Shown here: positions 30,642-39,500 of the stretch, piece by piece
Layout of the letters: each line of letters begins with the position of its first letter
How positions within the stretch are numbered: position 1 is the first letter of the stretch
Assembly (NCBI GenBank): GCA_038042445.1
Contig: JBBTED010000018.1
Span: forward strand, 24,081 to 88,080
Direction of reading: 5' to 3'
Origin: Candidatus Firestoneibacteriota bacterium
Lineage (GTDB): Bacteria > Oederibacteriota > D2-FULL-39-29 > JBBTED01
DNA: 64,000 nt
Position numbers and translations under genes: made by a program
The notes under the pieces: model-generated
The model's database searches: none
What the model was told of the DNA's origin: nothing
What the model saw: the letters and a program-made list of their open reading frames with translations, nothing else

Positions 30642-31459
30642 AAAAAAGTTTACTAACTAAAATAATACTATATGCTATGTTATTAACAGGAAGTATAATT
30701 ATGATTATGCCATTTTTATGGATGTTGTCTACTTCTTTAAAAGAATCCGGTGATGTATTTACTTTTCCTCCTAAATGGATACCAAATCCAATAAAATGGG
30801 AGAACTATATAAATGCCTGGAACGCAGTTCCATTCGGTATGTTTTTCATCAATAGTGTAATTATTGCTATTTCTGTTACATTTGGAAAAGTAGTGACTTC
30901 GTCATTAGCTGCATTTGCTTTTGCGCGGCTTAAATTTTTTGGAAGGGATAAATTGTTTCTGGCATATTTAGGGACTATGATGGTTCCAGGCCAGGTTACA
31001 ATGATACCTGTTTTTATTTTATTAAAAAAATTAAACTGGATTGATACATATCAGGCGCTTATTTTGCCTGGCCTTTTTACTGCTTATGGTACATTTATGT
31101 TAAGGCAATTCTTTATGACTATACCTATAGATTTAGAAGAAGCGGCTATAATAGATGGATGCAGTACTTTTAGAGTATACTGGAACATAATAATACCTCT
31201 TTCTAAACCAGCATTGGCAACTTTAGCTACTTTTGTATTTTTAGGTAGTTGGAATGATTTTATGTGGCCATTAATTGTTACCAATTCTATGGAAATGAAA
31301 ACACTGCCAGTTGGTCTTGCTTCTTTTCAGGGTTTATATAGCACAGATTGGACGTTACTTATGGCAGCTGCGACTATAGTATTGATACCTGTTTTAATTG
31401 TATATATCTTTAATCAGAAATTCTTTGTCCGCGGTATAGTTTTAAGTGGTATAAAATAA
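30638..31459 (+). CDS. ABC transporter permease (MalG/UgpE-like).
   Basis: It has the EAA motif DLEEAAIIDGCS. Confidence 0.75.
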   Translation: MKKSLLTKIILYAMLLTGSIIMIMPFLWMLSTSLKESGDVFTFPPKWIPNPIKWENYINAWNAVPFGMFFINSVIIAISVTFGKVVTSSLAAFAFARLKFFGRDKLFLAYLGTMMVPGQVTMIPVFILLKKLNWIDTYQALILPGLFTAYGTFMLRQFFMTIPIDLEEAAIIDGCSTFRVYWNIIIPLSKPALATLATFVFLGSWNDFMWPLIVTNSMEMKTLPVGLASFQGLYSTDWTLLMAAATIVLIPVLIVYIFNQKFFVRGIVLSGIK

Positions 31460-31588
31460 ATCTATGGTTTTGATAAAATGAAGTTATATGTGATAAACTT
31501 CGGAAAGGAGACGATATATTGAAAATTTAGGAGTGTGGTAAAATAATGAATTCAAAAAAAGTAACGATTCAAAAAAAACAAGACTAAA

Positions 31589-33226
31589 ATGTTATCCAAA
31601 ATTCCAACAAGAATCCTAATAATTGATAATAATCAAGTCCAAAACGAATTATATTCTAAGTTAAAAAATAAAGGTTATGAAGCAATAGTTGTTTCTAATT
31701 CTGATGAAGGGATAAAAACAATAAAAGAGAACAAATTTGGTGTAATTATTATTAATACAAAGATAGTAGACAAAAAAACTATTAGCGTAATGAGAAAGAT
31801 AAAAGAAATGGACTCCAGAATAGAAAGAGTTGTAATTTGTAAGAATACTAAAGATGCAAAAATGGAATATTTTGACCGAATTATTAATAAATCTATGAAT
31901 GTTGAGGATGTGGTTGTTATAATAGAAAAAACATTAGAAAAATACCAATTGAAAGAAATGGTTGCTATGTATGAAAGAACGATGGATGTTTTTTCAACTT
32001 TAGAGTTCAATGAGTTGCCGAAGGTTATTATTGATTCTACTGTAGAAGAATTGAGAGCTGATGATGCTTCTTTAATGCTTTTTGATGATAACAAAAAACA
32101 ACTATATATTGTTGATTCAAATGGTTTATCTAAAGAAATTATAAGTGCAACCAAAATGTCTGTTGGTGAAGGAATATCCGGGTATGTAGTAAAAAATAGG
32201 AGACCACTGCTTCTAATAGATGGTTTAGAAAATGATCCAAGATTTAAACATATAAAACAAAAAGGTGTGCAAAGGAAAAATCCTATAACATCTTCTATTG
32301 TTGTGCCTTTGATAAAAAATAATAAAGTATTAGGGATTTTAAATATTAATCGTAGAAATATTATTGAGCATTTTACTGAGCATGATTTACATAAGGCAAA
32401 TACAGCTGCTTCTTTGATAAGCGTTGCAATTGAAAATGCAAAGATGCATTCTCATATTAAGAAAACCGGGGAACAGGAATTATTGAAAGTCCATGATGAA
32501 CTTCAAGAAGCATCTGAAAAGATAAGACAGATGCAGGTGCAACTCATTAGAGAAGAAAAGTTTTCCTTGCTGCATAAATTGACTTCATCTCTTGTGCATC
32601 AATTACGTACTCCTTTAAGTATAATTGATTTATCAGCTCAGTTTTTAAAAAAAGAAATTCAAGGTTCAGAAAAAATCATTTCAACTTTAAATACTATACA
32701 AAGAAATATACAACGTGCTAGTGATATTCTTCAGGATATGTTTGAGATGGTGCTTATTAAGGCTGAGACAATGAAATTTGAACGGTGTAGAATAGGAGAG
32801 ATACTGGAAAAAGCAATAGAAATAATGCAACCAAAATTAAATGGAGCAGGAGTTAATGTTAGAATGAAATGTGCAAAAGAAGAATTGCAATACATAAATA
32901 TAAATAAACATTATTTGGAGCATGTGGTTGTAAACTTAATTTCTAATTCAATAGATGCTATGTCTGAAGGTGGAGAAATAAATATTGACTTAAGTGTAGA
33001 TCCAAAAAGCGAAAAAATTGTTATGACTTTTGTTGATACAGGTAAAGGTGTTAAAGAAGAACATTTAAAAGAATTATTCACTCCTTTTTTTACAACCAAA
33101 GAAAAAGGTATAGGACTTGGGCTTTTTACAGTATTACAAATTATTGAAGCTCATCGTGGCGATATTAAAGTGAAAAGTGAATTAAATGTAGGAACAACAT
33201 TTATTATTTCCCTTCCAATTAAGTAA
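31589..33226 (+). CDS. Sensor histidine kinase with an N-terminal degenerate receiver-like domain and a GAF domain.
   Basis: The H-box is LVHQLRTPLS. The HATPase_c region has NLISNSIDAM...DTGKGV...GIGLGL. The receiver-like N-terminus lacks the canonical phosphoacceptor context. Confidence 0.75.
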   Translation: MLSKIPTRILIIDNNQVQNELYSKLKNKGYEAIVVSNSDEGIKTIKENKFGVIIINTKIVDKKTISVMRKIKEMDSRIERVVICKNTKDAKMEYFDRIINKSMNVEDVVVIIEKTLEKYQLKEMVAMYERTMDVFSTLEFNELPKVIIDSTVEELRADDASLMLFDDNKKQLYIVDSNGLSKEIISATKMSVGEGISGYVVKNRRPLLLIDGLENDPRFKHIKQKGVQRKNPITSSIVVPLIKNNKVLGILNINRRNIIEHFTEHDLHKANTAASLISVAIENAKMHSHIKKTGEQELLKVHDELQEASEKIRQMQVQLIREEKFSLLHKLTSSLVHQLRTPLSIIDLSAQFLKKEIQGSEKIISTLNTIQRNIQRASDILQDMFEMVLIKAETMKFERCRIGEILEKAIEIMQPKLNGAGVNVRMKCAKEELQYININKHYLEHVVVNLISNSIDAMSEGGEINIDLSVDPKSEKIVMTFVDTGKGVKEEHLKELFTPFFTTKEKGIGLGLFTVLQIIEAHRGDIKVKSELNVGTTFIISLPIK

Positions 33227-33233
33227 TACTTAT

Positions 33234-34844
33234 ATGCCTACCATTCTTATTGTTGATGACGAAAAAGATTTTTGTAATTCCCTTTCTGATTTACTTCAAA
33301 GTGAAGGATATGAAACTATAAGTGCATTTGGAGGCAGAGAAGCTATTTTCATATTAGAAAACAAATCTATAGATTTAGTATTTTTAGATATTAATCTTCC
33401 TGGAATGAAGGGAATTGAAGTTTTGGAGAAAATTAAAAATATAGAAGAAAGTCTACCTGTTATAATGCTTACAGGTTATGGAGAGATAAAATCAGCTGTT
33501 GACTCAATGAAAAAAGGAGCCTTCCATTACCTGACCAAACCATTTAACAATGACGAGTTGTTAATTGTGATTAAAAAAGCTATTGAAATTAAAAAATTAG
33601 GCAGAGAGGTTTATTTACTTAAAGAAAGATTACAGAAGCATGAAGAAAAAACAAAAATTATTTGTAAAAGCGAGAAAATGGAAAGGATGCTTGATGAAGT
33701 GAAACGCGTTGCACCAACGGATATGACAGTAATAATTCAAGGTGCTTCTGGTACAGGAAAAGAGTTGATTGCAAGATTTATTCATGAACTAAGTAAAAGA
33801 AAAACAGGCCCATTTATAGCGATAGATTGTGGGGCATTGCCTGAAAATTTAGTTGAGAGTGAACTTTTTGGTTATGAGAAAGGTGCTTTTACAGGCGCTG
33901 ACAAGGTGAAGCCTGGACATTTTGAACTTGCAGATGGGGGCACTTTATTTCTTGATGAAATTAGTAACTTATCACAAACTGTTCAAATGAAGTTGTTGCG
34001 TGTTTTGCAGGAAAAAAAAGTTCAACATCTTGGAGATAAAAAAGAAATAGGGGTTGATATTCGTATAGTTGTTGCAAGCAATATAAATCTTGATGAACTA
34101 ATGCCCAAAGGTCTATTTCGTGAAGATTTATATCACAGGTTAAATGAATTTACTATTAATTTGCCGTCACTCAAGGAAAGAAAAGAAGATATACTAATAT
34201 TAGTTGAACATTTTTTGAAACAAGCCAATTGTGAACTTAGCAAGAAAATCAAAGGTGTTGCTCACAATGCAATGGAAATTCTCAGTGAGTACAGTTGGCC
34301 TGGTAATGTGCGGGAGTTAAAAAATACTATTAAAAGAGCAGTATTATTAACAGAGGGAGATATAATTCTTCCGGAGCATATTAAATTGACAGATAATGCT
34401 TTGTCACATAAAATCTCCCTTAATCCCCCTTTGCTAAAGGGGGAAATTTCCTTAAAACAGATGCTTAATGCAATTGAGAGGGAATTGCTGATAAAAGCTT
34501 TAATGCAAACGAATTATCATAAAAGTAAGGCATCAAAACTTCTTGGAATAGATAGAAGTGTATTGTCTGATAAAATTAAAAAATATAAAGTATCTTCATC
34601 GAGTTTTTTAAAAAATTTCAGATATACAAACAATTTAAAAATAGGTAGTAAACATAGTCTTAAAAAAATAATTGATGATATAGAAAAACAAAAGATTACT
34701 GATGTTTTAAAAGAAGTAAATTATAAAATAGCCCAAGCATCAAAAATTCTTAAAATCACAAGAACAGATATTTATTACAAAATCAAAAAACATAATATAA
34801 CATTACCTATTGCAAATAAGTCTGTTGTCAGGCATCCTGCCTGA
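33234..34844 (+). CDS. Sigma54-dependent response regulator (NtrC family) with an unusually long C-terminus that carries two Fis-type HTH modules.
   Basis: The REC domain has DLVFLDINLPGMKG. The AAA+ domain has GASGTGKE, the GAFTGA motif in ESELFGYEKGAFTGA, and RVLQE. There are two C-terminal HTH-like segments. Confidence 0.85.
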   Translation: MPTILIVDDEKDFCNSLSDLLQSEGYETISAFGGREAIFILENKSIDLVFLDINLPGMKGIEVLEKIKNIEESLPVIMLTGYGEIKSAVDSMKKGAFHYLTKPFNNDELLIVIKKAIEIKKLGREVYLLKERLQKHEEKTKIICKSEKMERMLDEVKRVAPTDMTVIIQGASGTGKELIARFIHELSKRKTGPFIAIDCGALPENLVESELFGYEKGAFTGADKVKPGHFELADGGTLFLDEISNLSQTVQMKLLRVLQEKKVQHLGDKKEIGVDIRIVVASNINLDELMPKGLFREDLYHRLNEFTINLPSLKERKEDILILVEHFLKQANCELSKKIKGVAHNAMEILSEYSWPGNVRELKNTIKRAVLLTEGDIILPEHIKLTDNALSHKISLNPPLLKGEISLKQMLNAIERELLIKALMQTNYHKSKASKLLGIDRSVLSDKIKKYKVSSSSFLKNFRYTNNLKIGSKHSLKKIIDDIEKQKITDVLKEVNYKIAQASKILKITRTDIYYKIKKHNITLPIANKSVVRHPA

Positions 34845-34901
34845 CAAATTATATGATTATGAATATTTCATGTCCATATTGTGTCAAATATAACCACATA
34901 G

Positions 34902-34940
34902 CTGTAAAATTTTACAGCATTTAGCTGTATTATTTTACAT
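34902..34940. promoter_or_regulatory. Tandem palindromic upstream activator sites (candidate enhancer): CTGTAAAATTTTACAG and CTGTATTATTTTACAT. Both have the form TGTA-N6-TACA, with centres 23 bp apart.
   Basis: The sites lie about 85 and 108 bp upstream of the sigma54 -24 element, directly downstream of the NtrC-like gene. Confidence 0.55.
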
Positions 34941-35015
34941 ATTTGGGTTAAATATTTTCATCTCTTAAAACCCCTTTGTTTTATTAGAGTTTAATTCGCA
35001 TTTTCTATGTAATAT

Positions 35016-35031
35016 TGGCACGAAAATTGCA
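35016..35031 (+). promoter_or_regulatory. Sigma54 (-24/-12) promoter, TGGCACGaaaaTTGCA.
   Basis: It matches the consensus TGGCACG-N4-TTGCW perfectly. It lies upstream of the OMP/giant-adhesin genes. Confidence 0.7.
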
Positions 35032-35044
35032 TTATATAATAATC

Positions 35045-36457
35045 ATGGTAAAAATTACAAAATGGGGTAGGGGTAGAGACGTATTGCAATGCTTTTCTAC
35101 ATTTATAATTTTATCATTTTTTTCTTCAATTGGTTATGCTGATTTTGAGGATCTTGGTGTTGGGGCAAGATCATTTGGAATGGGTAATGCTTTTTCTGCA
35201 TTGGCAAATGATGCGAGTGCGATTTATTATAATCCAGCAGGACTTACTAATATTAAAAATGCTCAAATAATGACTGCTTATGACAGACTTTACCTTGGAC
35301 TTTCTGATAAAAGTATTTTAGGGGATGGATTTGTATCGGTTGTTTCTCCTCTTGATGAGGTTACTGGTATTGGAATAAGTTATGTAAATTTTCATCTTGT
35401 TAATTATTATCAGGAACATACGTTTGTTCTTTCTTATGGCAATAAGATATTTTCTCAGTTGTCTGCCGGTATAAATGTTAAAGGTTTATCCAGAGGTTTA
35501 AGTGAAGATATCTATACAAAAGTTGACCCATTATTTTTGGAAAAAGGGTATACAAAAACAAATTTTAGTTTTGATACAGGTTTGCTCTATAGACCATTTC
35601 CAAGTTATTCATTTGCACTTACAGCTTATAATATAAATCAACCGGATTTAGGTTTAAAAGACAAAGATATTGTTCCTATGAGTTTAAAATTAGGTTTTGC
35701 GTATCGTTATCATGCAAGCGATTTTGTTGTAGATTTTGCATATACTAATAAAGATTGGGATGTATATTTTGGAACTGAGAACTGGTTTTTTGAAAGATGT
35801 TTTGCACTAAGAGGCGGTGTTAAAACTGGAAGCAGAGCAGACAATGATTTGAGTGTTGGAATCGGATATAATTCTGGAAACATACAGTTTGATTATGCAG
35901 TTCAATATCCATTAAGTGGAATAAAAAATACTTTTGGTTCACATCGCATTTCTTTTGGAGTGAAATTTGGAGATGTGCTTCCGGAGTCAGATGATGAATT
36001 CGGATATATTCCTATGGTACCAAAAGAAGAAATTGAAAAAATCCAAAAAGAAGCAGAAGAGTCTGCACAAATGGTTCAAAAACTAAAAGAGGAGATTGAA
36101 AACTATAAAAAGAATTTAGAAGCCCTATCTGCAGAAAATGAAAAAAATAAAGAAAAAGAAGCAGAAGAATTAACAAAAAAAATTGAGCAATATAATAAAG
36201 AAATGACAAAAGCTCTAAAATCTGAAGTAGATGCAAGAGAAAAATTAAATAAAATAACTGTAAAAAATACAACATCTATAAAGGTAGATAAAAATACTTA
36301 TGTAGTTGAAAAAGGTGATACTTTAAAATCTATAGCAATAAAGTTATATAATGATGAATCTCGGTGGGTTAGTATTTATAATCTTAACAAAGATAGAATT
36401 AAGCAAGGGATTGTTGAGTCTGGGCAGATTTTGATTTTACCTGAGGAGAGGAAATGA
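35045..36457 (+). CDS. Outer-membrane beta-barrel protein (FadL/PorV-like N-terminal signature) with a C-terminal coiled coil and a LysM domain.
   Basis: It has a signal peptide. The motif VGARSFGMGNAFSALANDASAIYYNPAGL resembles the FadL-family N-terminal block (GRA..G.A..A..A....NPA). A KE-rich coiled coil follows. The LysM is YVVEKGDTLKSIA...ILILP. The start at 35045 was chosen because the track's TTG start overlaps the promoter. Confidence 0.6.
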   Translation: MVKITKWGRGRDVLQCFSTFIILSFFSSIGYADFEDLGVGARSFGMGNAFSALANDASAIYYNPAGLTNIKNAQIMTAYDRLYLGLSDKSILGDGFVSVVSPLDEVTGIGISYVNFHLVNYYQEHTFVLSYGNKIFSQLSAGINVKGLSRGLSEDIYTKVDPLFLEKGYTKTNFSFDTGLLYRPFPSYSFALTAYNINQPDLGLKDKDIVPMSLKLGFAYRYHASDFVVDFAYTNKDWDVYFGTENWFFERCFALRGGVKTGSRADNDLSVGIGYNSGNIQFDYAVQYPLSGIKNTFGSHRISFGVKFGDVLPESDDEFGYIPMVPKEEIEKIQKEAEESAQMVQKLKEEIENYKKNLEALSAENEKNKEKEAEELTKKIEQYNKEMTKALKSEVDAREKLNKITVKNTTSIKVDKNTYVVEKGDTLKSIAIKLYNDESRWVSIYNLNKDRIKQGIVESGQILILPEERK

Positions 36458-36501
36458 ATAACAGGTTAGCGGTTCTAAAAATATCCAATGTTATTGTAGC
36501 C

Positions 36502-36564
36502 GCAGAGCGAAGCTCTGCTAAAAAAGTAGTTGCAAGGTTAAAGACAGCAAAGCTTACGCTTTGC
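36502..36564 (+). promoter_or_regulatory. Two intercistronic hairpins, GCAGAGC-GAA-GCTCTGC and GCAAAGC-TTAC-GCTTTGC, between the OMP gene and the giant-protein gene.
   Basis: Both have perfect 7-bp stems. They lie upstream of the probable start of the giant CDS at 36589. Confidence 0.4.
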
Positions 36565-36588
36565 AGCTACATAAATCATATCAAATAT

Positions 36589-39500
36589 ATGAGTTTGTTG
36601 AATTTTAGAATGGTTAATCTATTACCTATTGCTTTTATTTTACTATTAACGGGCCAGGTTTTTGCAACAAGCAGAACAATGAGCGGTACCGTATACACGG
36701 ATGAGGGAGTGACTAATATTGGTTCTGGCAAAAATATGGCAATATCAGTTAATGGTGGTGTTGCAACTACTTTTGTAACAGGAGCAAATGGTGTTTATTC
36801 AGTAGCTGTAAATGTTACTACTAATGACAAAATATGTGTTTACTTAGATAATGAAACAGAAAAAGCTACTTTAGTTACTATAATTCTTGATGCTGACTTA
36901 AGTGGATTTAATTTGTACCAAAATCATTTAATTTTGCGTAAAGAAACAGGTGGTGCTGGAATTAACAATACTGATTTATCAGGTGCAGATAATGGTGATG
37001 CTGATATTCTTTATAATGTAAGTGGAGCTAATTTAACTGTTAATGCAGGAGTTGAATTGTATGTTTGGACAGGACATACTTATGCGTCTGATGGTAATAT
37101 TAATGCTGATGCAATAAAAATTAACGGGATTTTTACTAATACGACTGCAGGTTCAATAATTACTTGTGATGATGCAGGAAGTATTACTGTGAATGGAACT
37201 TGGACATTAACTGGAGGTGTAGGCAATTTAATTTCTTTAAAGTCTGATTTAGCAGGAAGTCAGTTTGATGTAATTAATAACGGTACAGTAAATTTGAGTT
37301 ATGTTGATTTAAAAGATTGTAATGCTTCTTCTTCGATTATTGTGACTGATGGAAATGATAGTGGAAATAACACATACGTTATTTTTCAGCCTGCTGTATA
37401 TGATGGTGCAGTGTTAACAGGAGATGGTGCTGGAAGTAATTCAGTATCTATTGATTCAATAAGTGGTGTTACAACAGGTGTTCAGATACTTTGCTTTAAA
37501 ATCAGTAATCCTGCGAGTACGGGAAATCAGGCAATAAAAATAGATCAGTTCACAATACATTTAGATGGCTCAAGTACAGCAGTAATTACTAATATTGCAG
37601 AAATTGCATTATCAGGTGCAGTAACTTCAACAGTTACTACTCCTGTTTCTAATGATATTACCTTTGGGACTCCTAATGTAGGTTTTGATGGTGGCATATT
37701 GAGTGTTTCTAATAATACTACTTCTTCTGATATTGTTGTGAAAATTAAATTAAAAACTACTTTAACTGCTACAGAAACTCAATTCTGGAAATTCAATGTT
37801 GATGATGATGATGTTTCAGAGTCAAATTTGACATCAGATATGATGGGTACAACTGGAGTAGATATAGCTGGTTCAAGTTGTGCATTATCAATTGTTGCTA
37901 CGAAGTTAGTATGGACAACGCTTCCTGCAGACACCAGAATAGTAGACGTAAGTGATGAAGTAGTGAGTGGGTTAGTATGGCAGACACAGCCTGTAGTAAA
38001 GGCAGTGGATGCAAATAATAATGTAGATATAGATTCAGTAGAAACAGTAACATTAAGTTTGGTAGGTGGAGCAGGAACATTTGCTGGAACATTAACAGAA
38101 GGATGTGTAAGTGGAGTGGCAAATTTTGTTGGTAATGGAATAAAGTATACAGTAAGTGGAAATAATGATGGTGAAGGATTTGTCCTAAGAGCAAGTGGAG
38201 GTGCATTAACAACAGCAGATACAAGTGGATTATCAGCAGATGTAGTAGCAACGAAATTAGTATGGACTACAGTTCCAGCAGATAGCAGGAGAGTAGATGT
38301 AAGTGATGAAGTAGTAAGTGGATTAGCATTTGAGACACAGCCAGTAGTAAAGCCAGAGGATGATGATAATAAAGTAGATGCAGATTCAACGCAAATAGTA
38401 ACATTAAGTTTAATAAGTGGAGTAGGAACATTTGCAGGAACATTAACTAAAGCTTGTGTTCTTGGGGAAGCAAATTTCAGTAGCAATGGAGTAAAGTATA
38501 CAGTATCAGGTAATAATGAGGGGGAAACATTTGCAATAAGAGCAAGTGGAGGTAGTTTAACAGCAGCAGATACTGGTTTATTATCATCAGATATAGTAGC
38601 AAGTCAGTTGGTGTGGACACAATCAGCAAGTCATAGTGGAGTACCGAATGGAGACATAATAAGTGGAGTAGTATTTAATACACAGCCAAAAGTGGAGACA
38701 AGAGATGCAGATAATAAGTTGGATACTGATTATGTGAGTTCAGTAGTTTTAAGTGAGACAGGTGCTGGTTTTTTAAGTGGCACAACATCAGTAGCAGCAG
38801 TAAGTGGAGTGGTAACATATACTGGGATAGCATATAATGTGAATGCGGACCAGGAGAGTTTCACATTAAAAGCGGACAGTGGAAGTTTAACACAAGGGTC
38901 AGATACAAGTAAGGTGGCAGATGTAGTAGCAACGAAATTATCTTTTACTGTCCAGCCACAAGAGACAGGGCAAGCAGCAAATACAATAGTATCAGGTAAT
39001 GTATTTGACACACAGTCTCAAGTAGAAGCAAGGAATAATAGTGATAAAAAGGATGTAAATTTTATAGATACAGTTACAGTAGTTGAAACAGGAACAGGTA
39101 GTTTAAGTGGAACAAGTTCAGTAGCAGCAGTGGCAGGTGTAGTAACATTCACTAATTTAGTATATACAGCGGTTGTAGACAATGAGATGTTTAAGTTAAG
39201 TGCAGATGATACTCCTGGAGGGCAGGAAGGAAATTTAACCGGAACATTTGAGTCTGCGAATACAACAGCGAATGTCCTTGCAACAAAATTAGTGTTTGAT
39301 GTCCAACCTTCATCAAGTGTAGTTATGAATATTGATGTGGTAATTCATCCTGTCCTTAAAGCTTTAGATGCAAATAATACAATAGATGTTAATAATACTG
39401 ATACACTTACGATTAGTGCAGTATTATCAGCAGATTTGTCACCTGCCCCAGGAATTCTTACCATAACACCTTCTTCTGGTAGTAATATGATAAGTGGTAG

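Noticed and set aside
31675-32154. 159-aa minus-strand ORF.
   Set aside because: It lies antisense to the N-terminal region of the GAF-histidine kinase and has low-complexity S/I/F-rich composition.
37779-38486. 235-aa and 117-aa minus-strand ORFs inside the giant adhesin gene.
   Set aside because: They lie antisense to a strongly supported repeat-rich CDS. Their translations are low-complexity (S/T/L/H-rich) mirror images of the FN3/Ig repeats, and no start context is evident. They are spurious.
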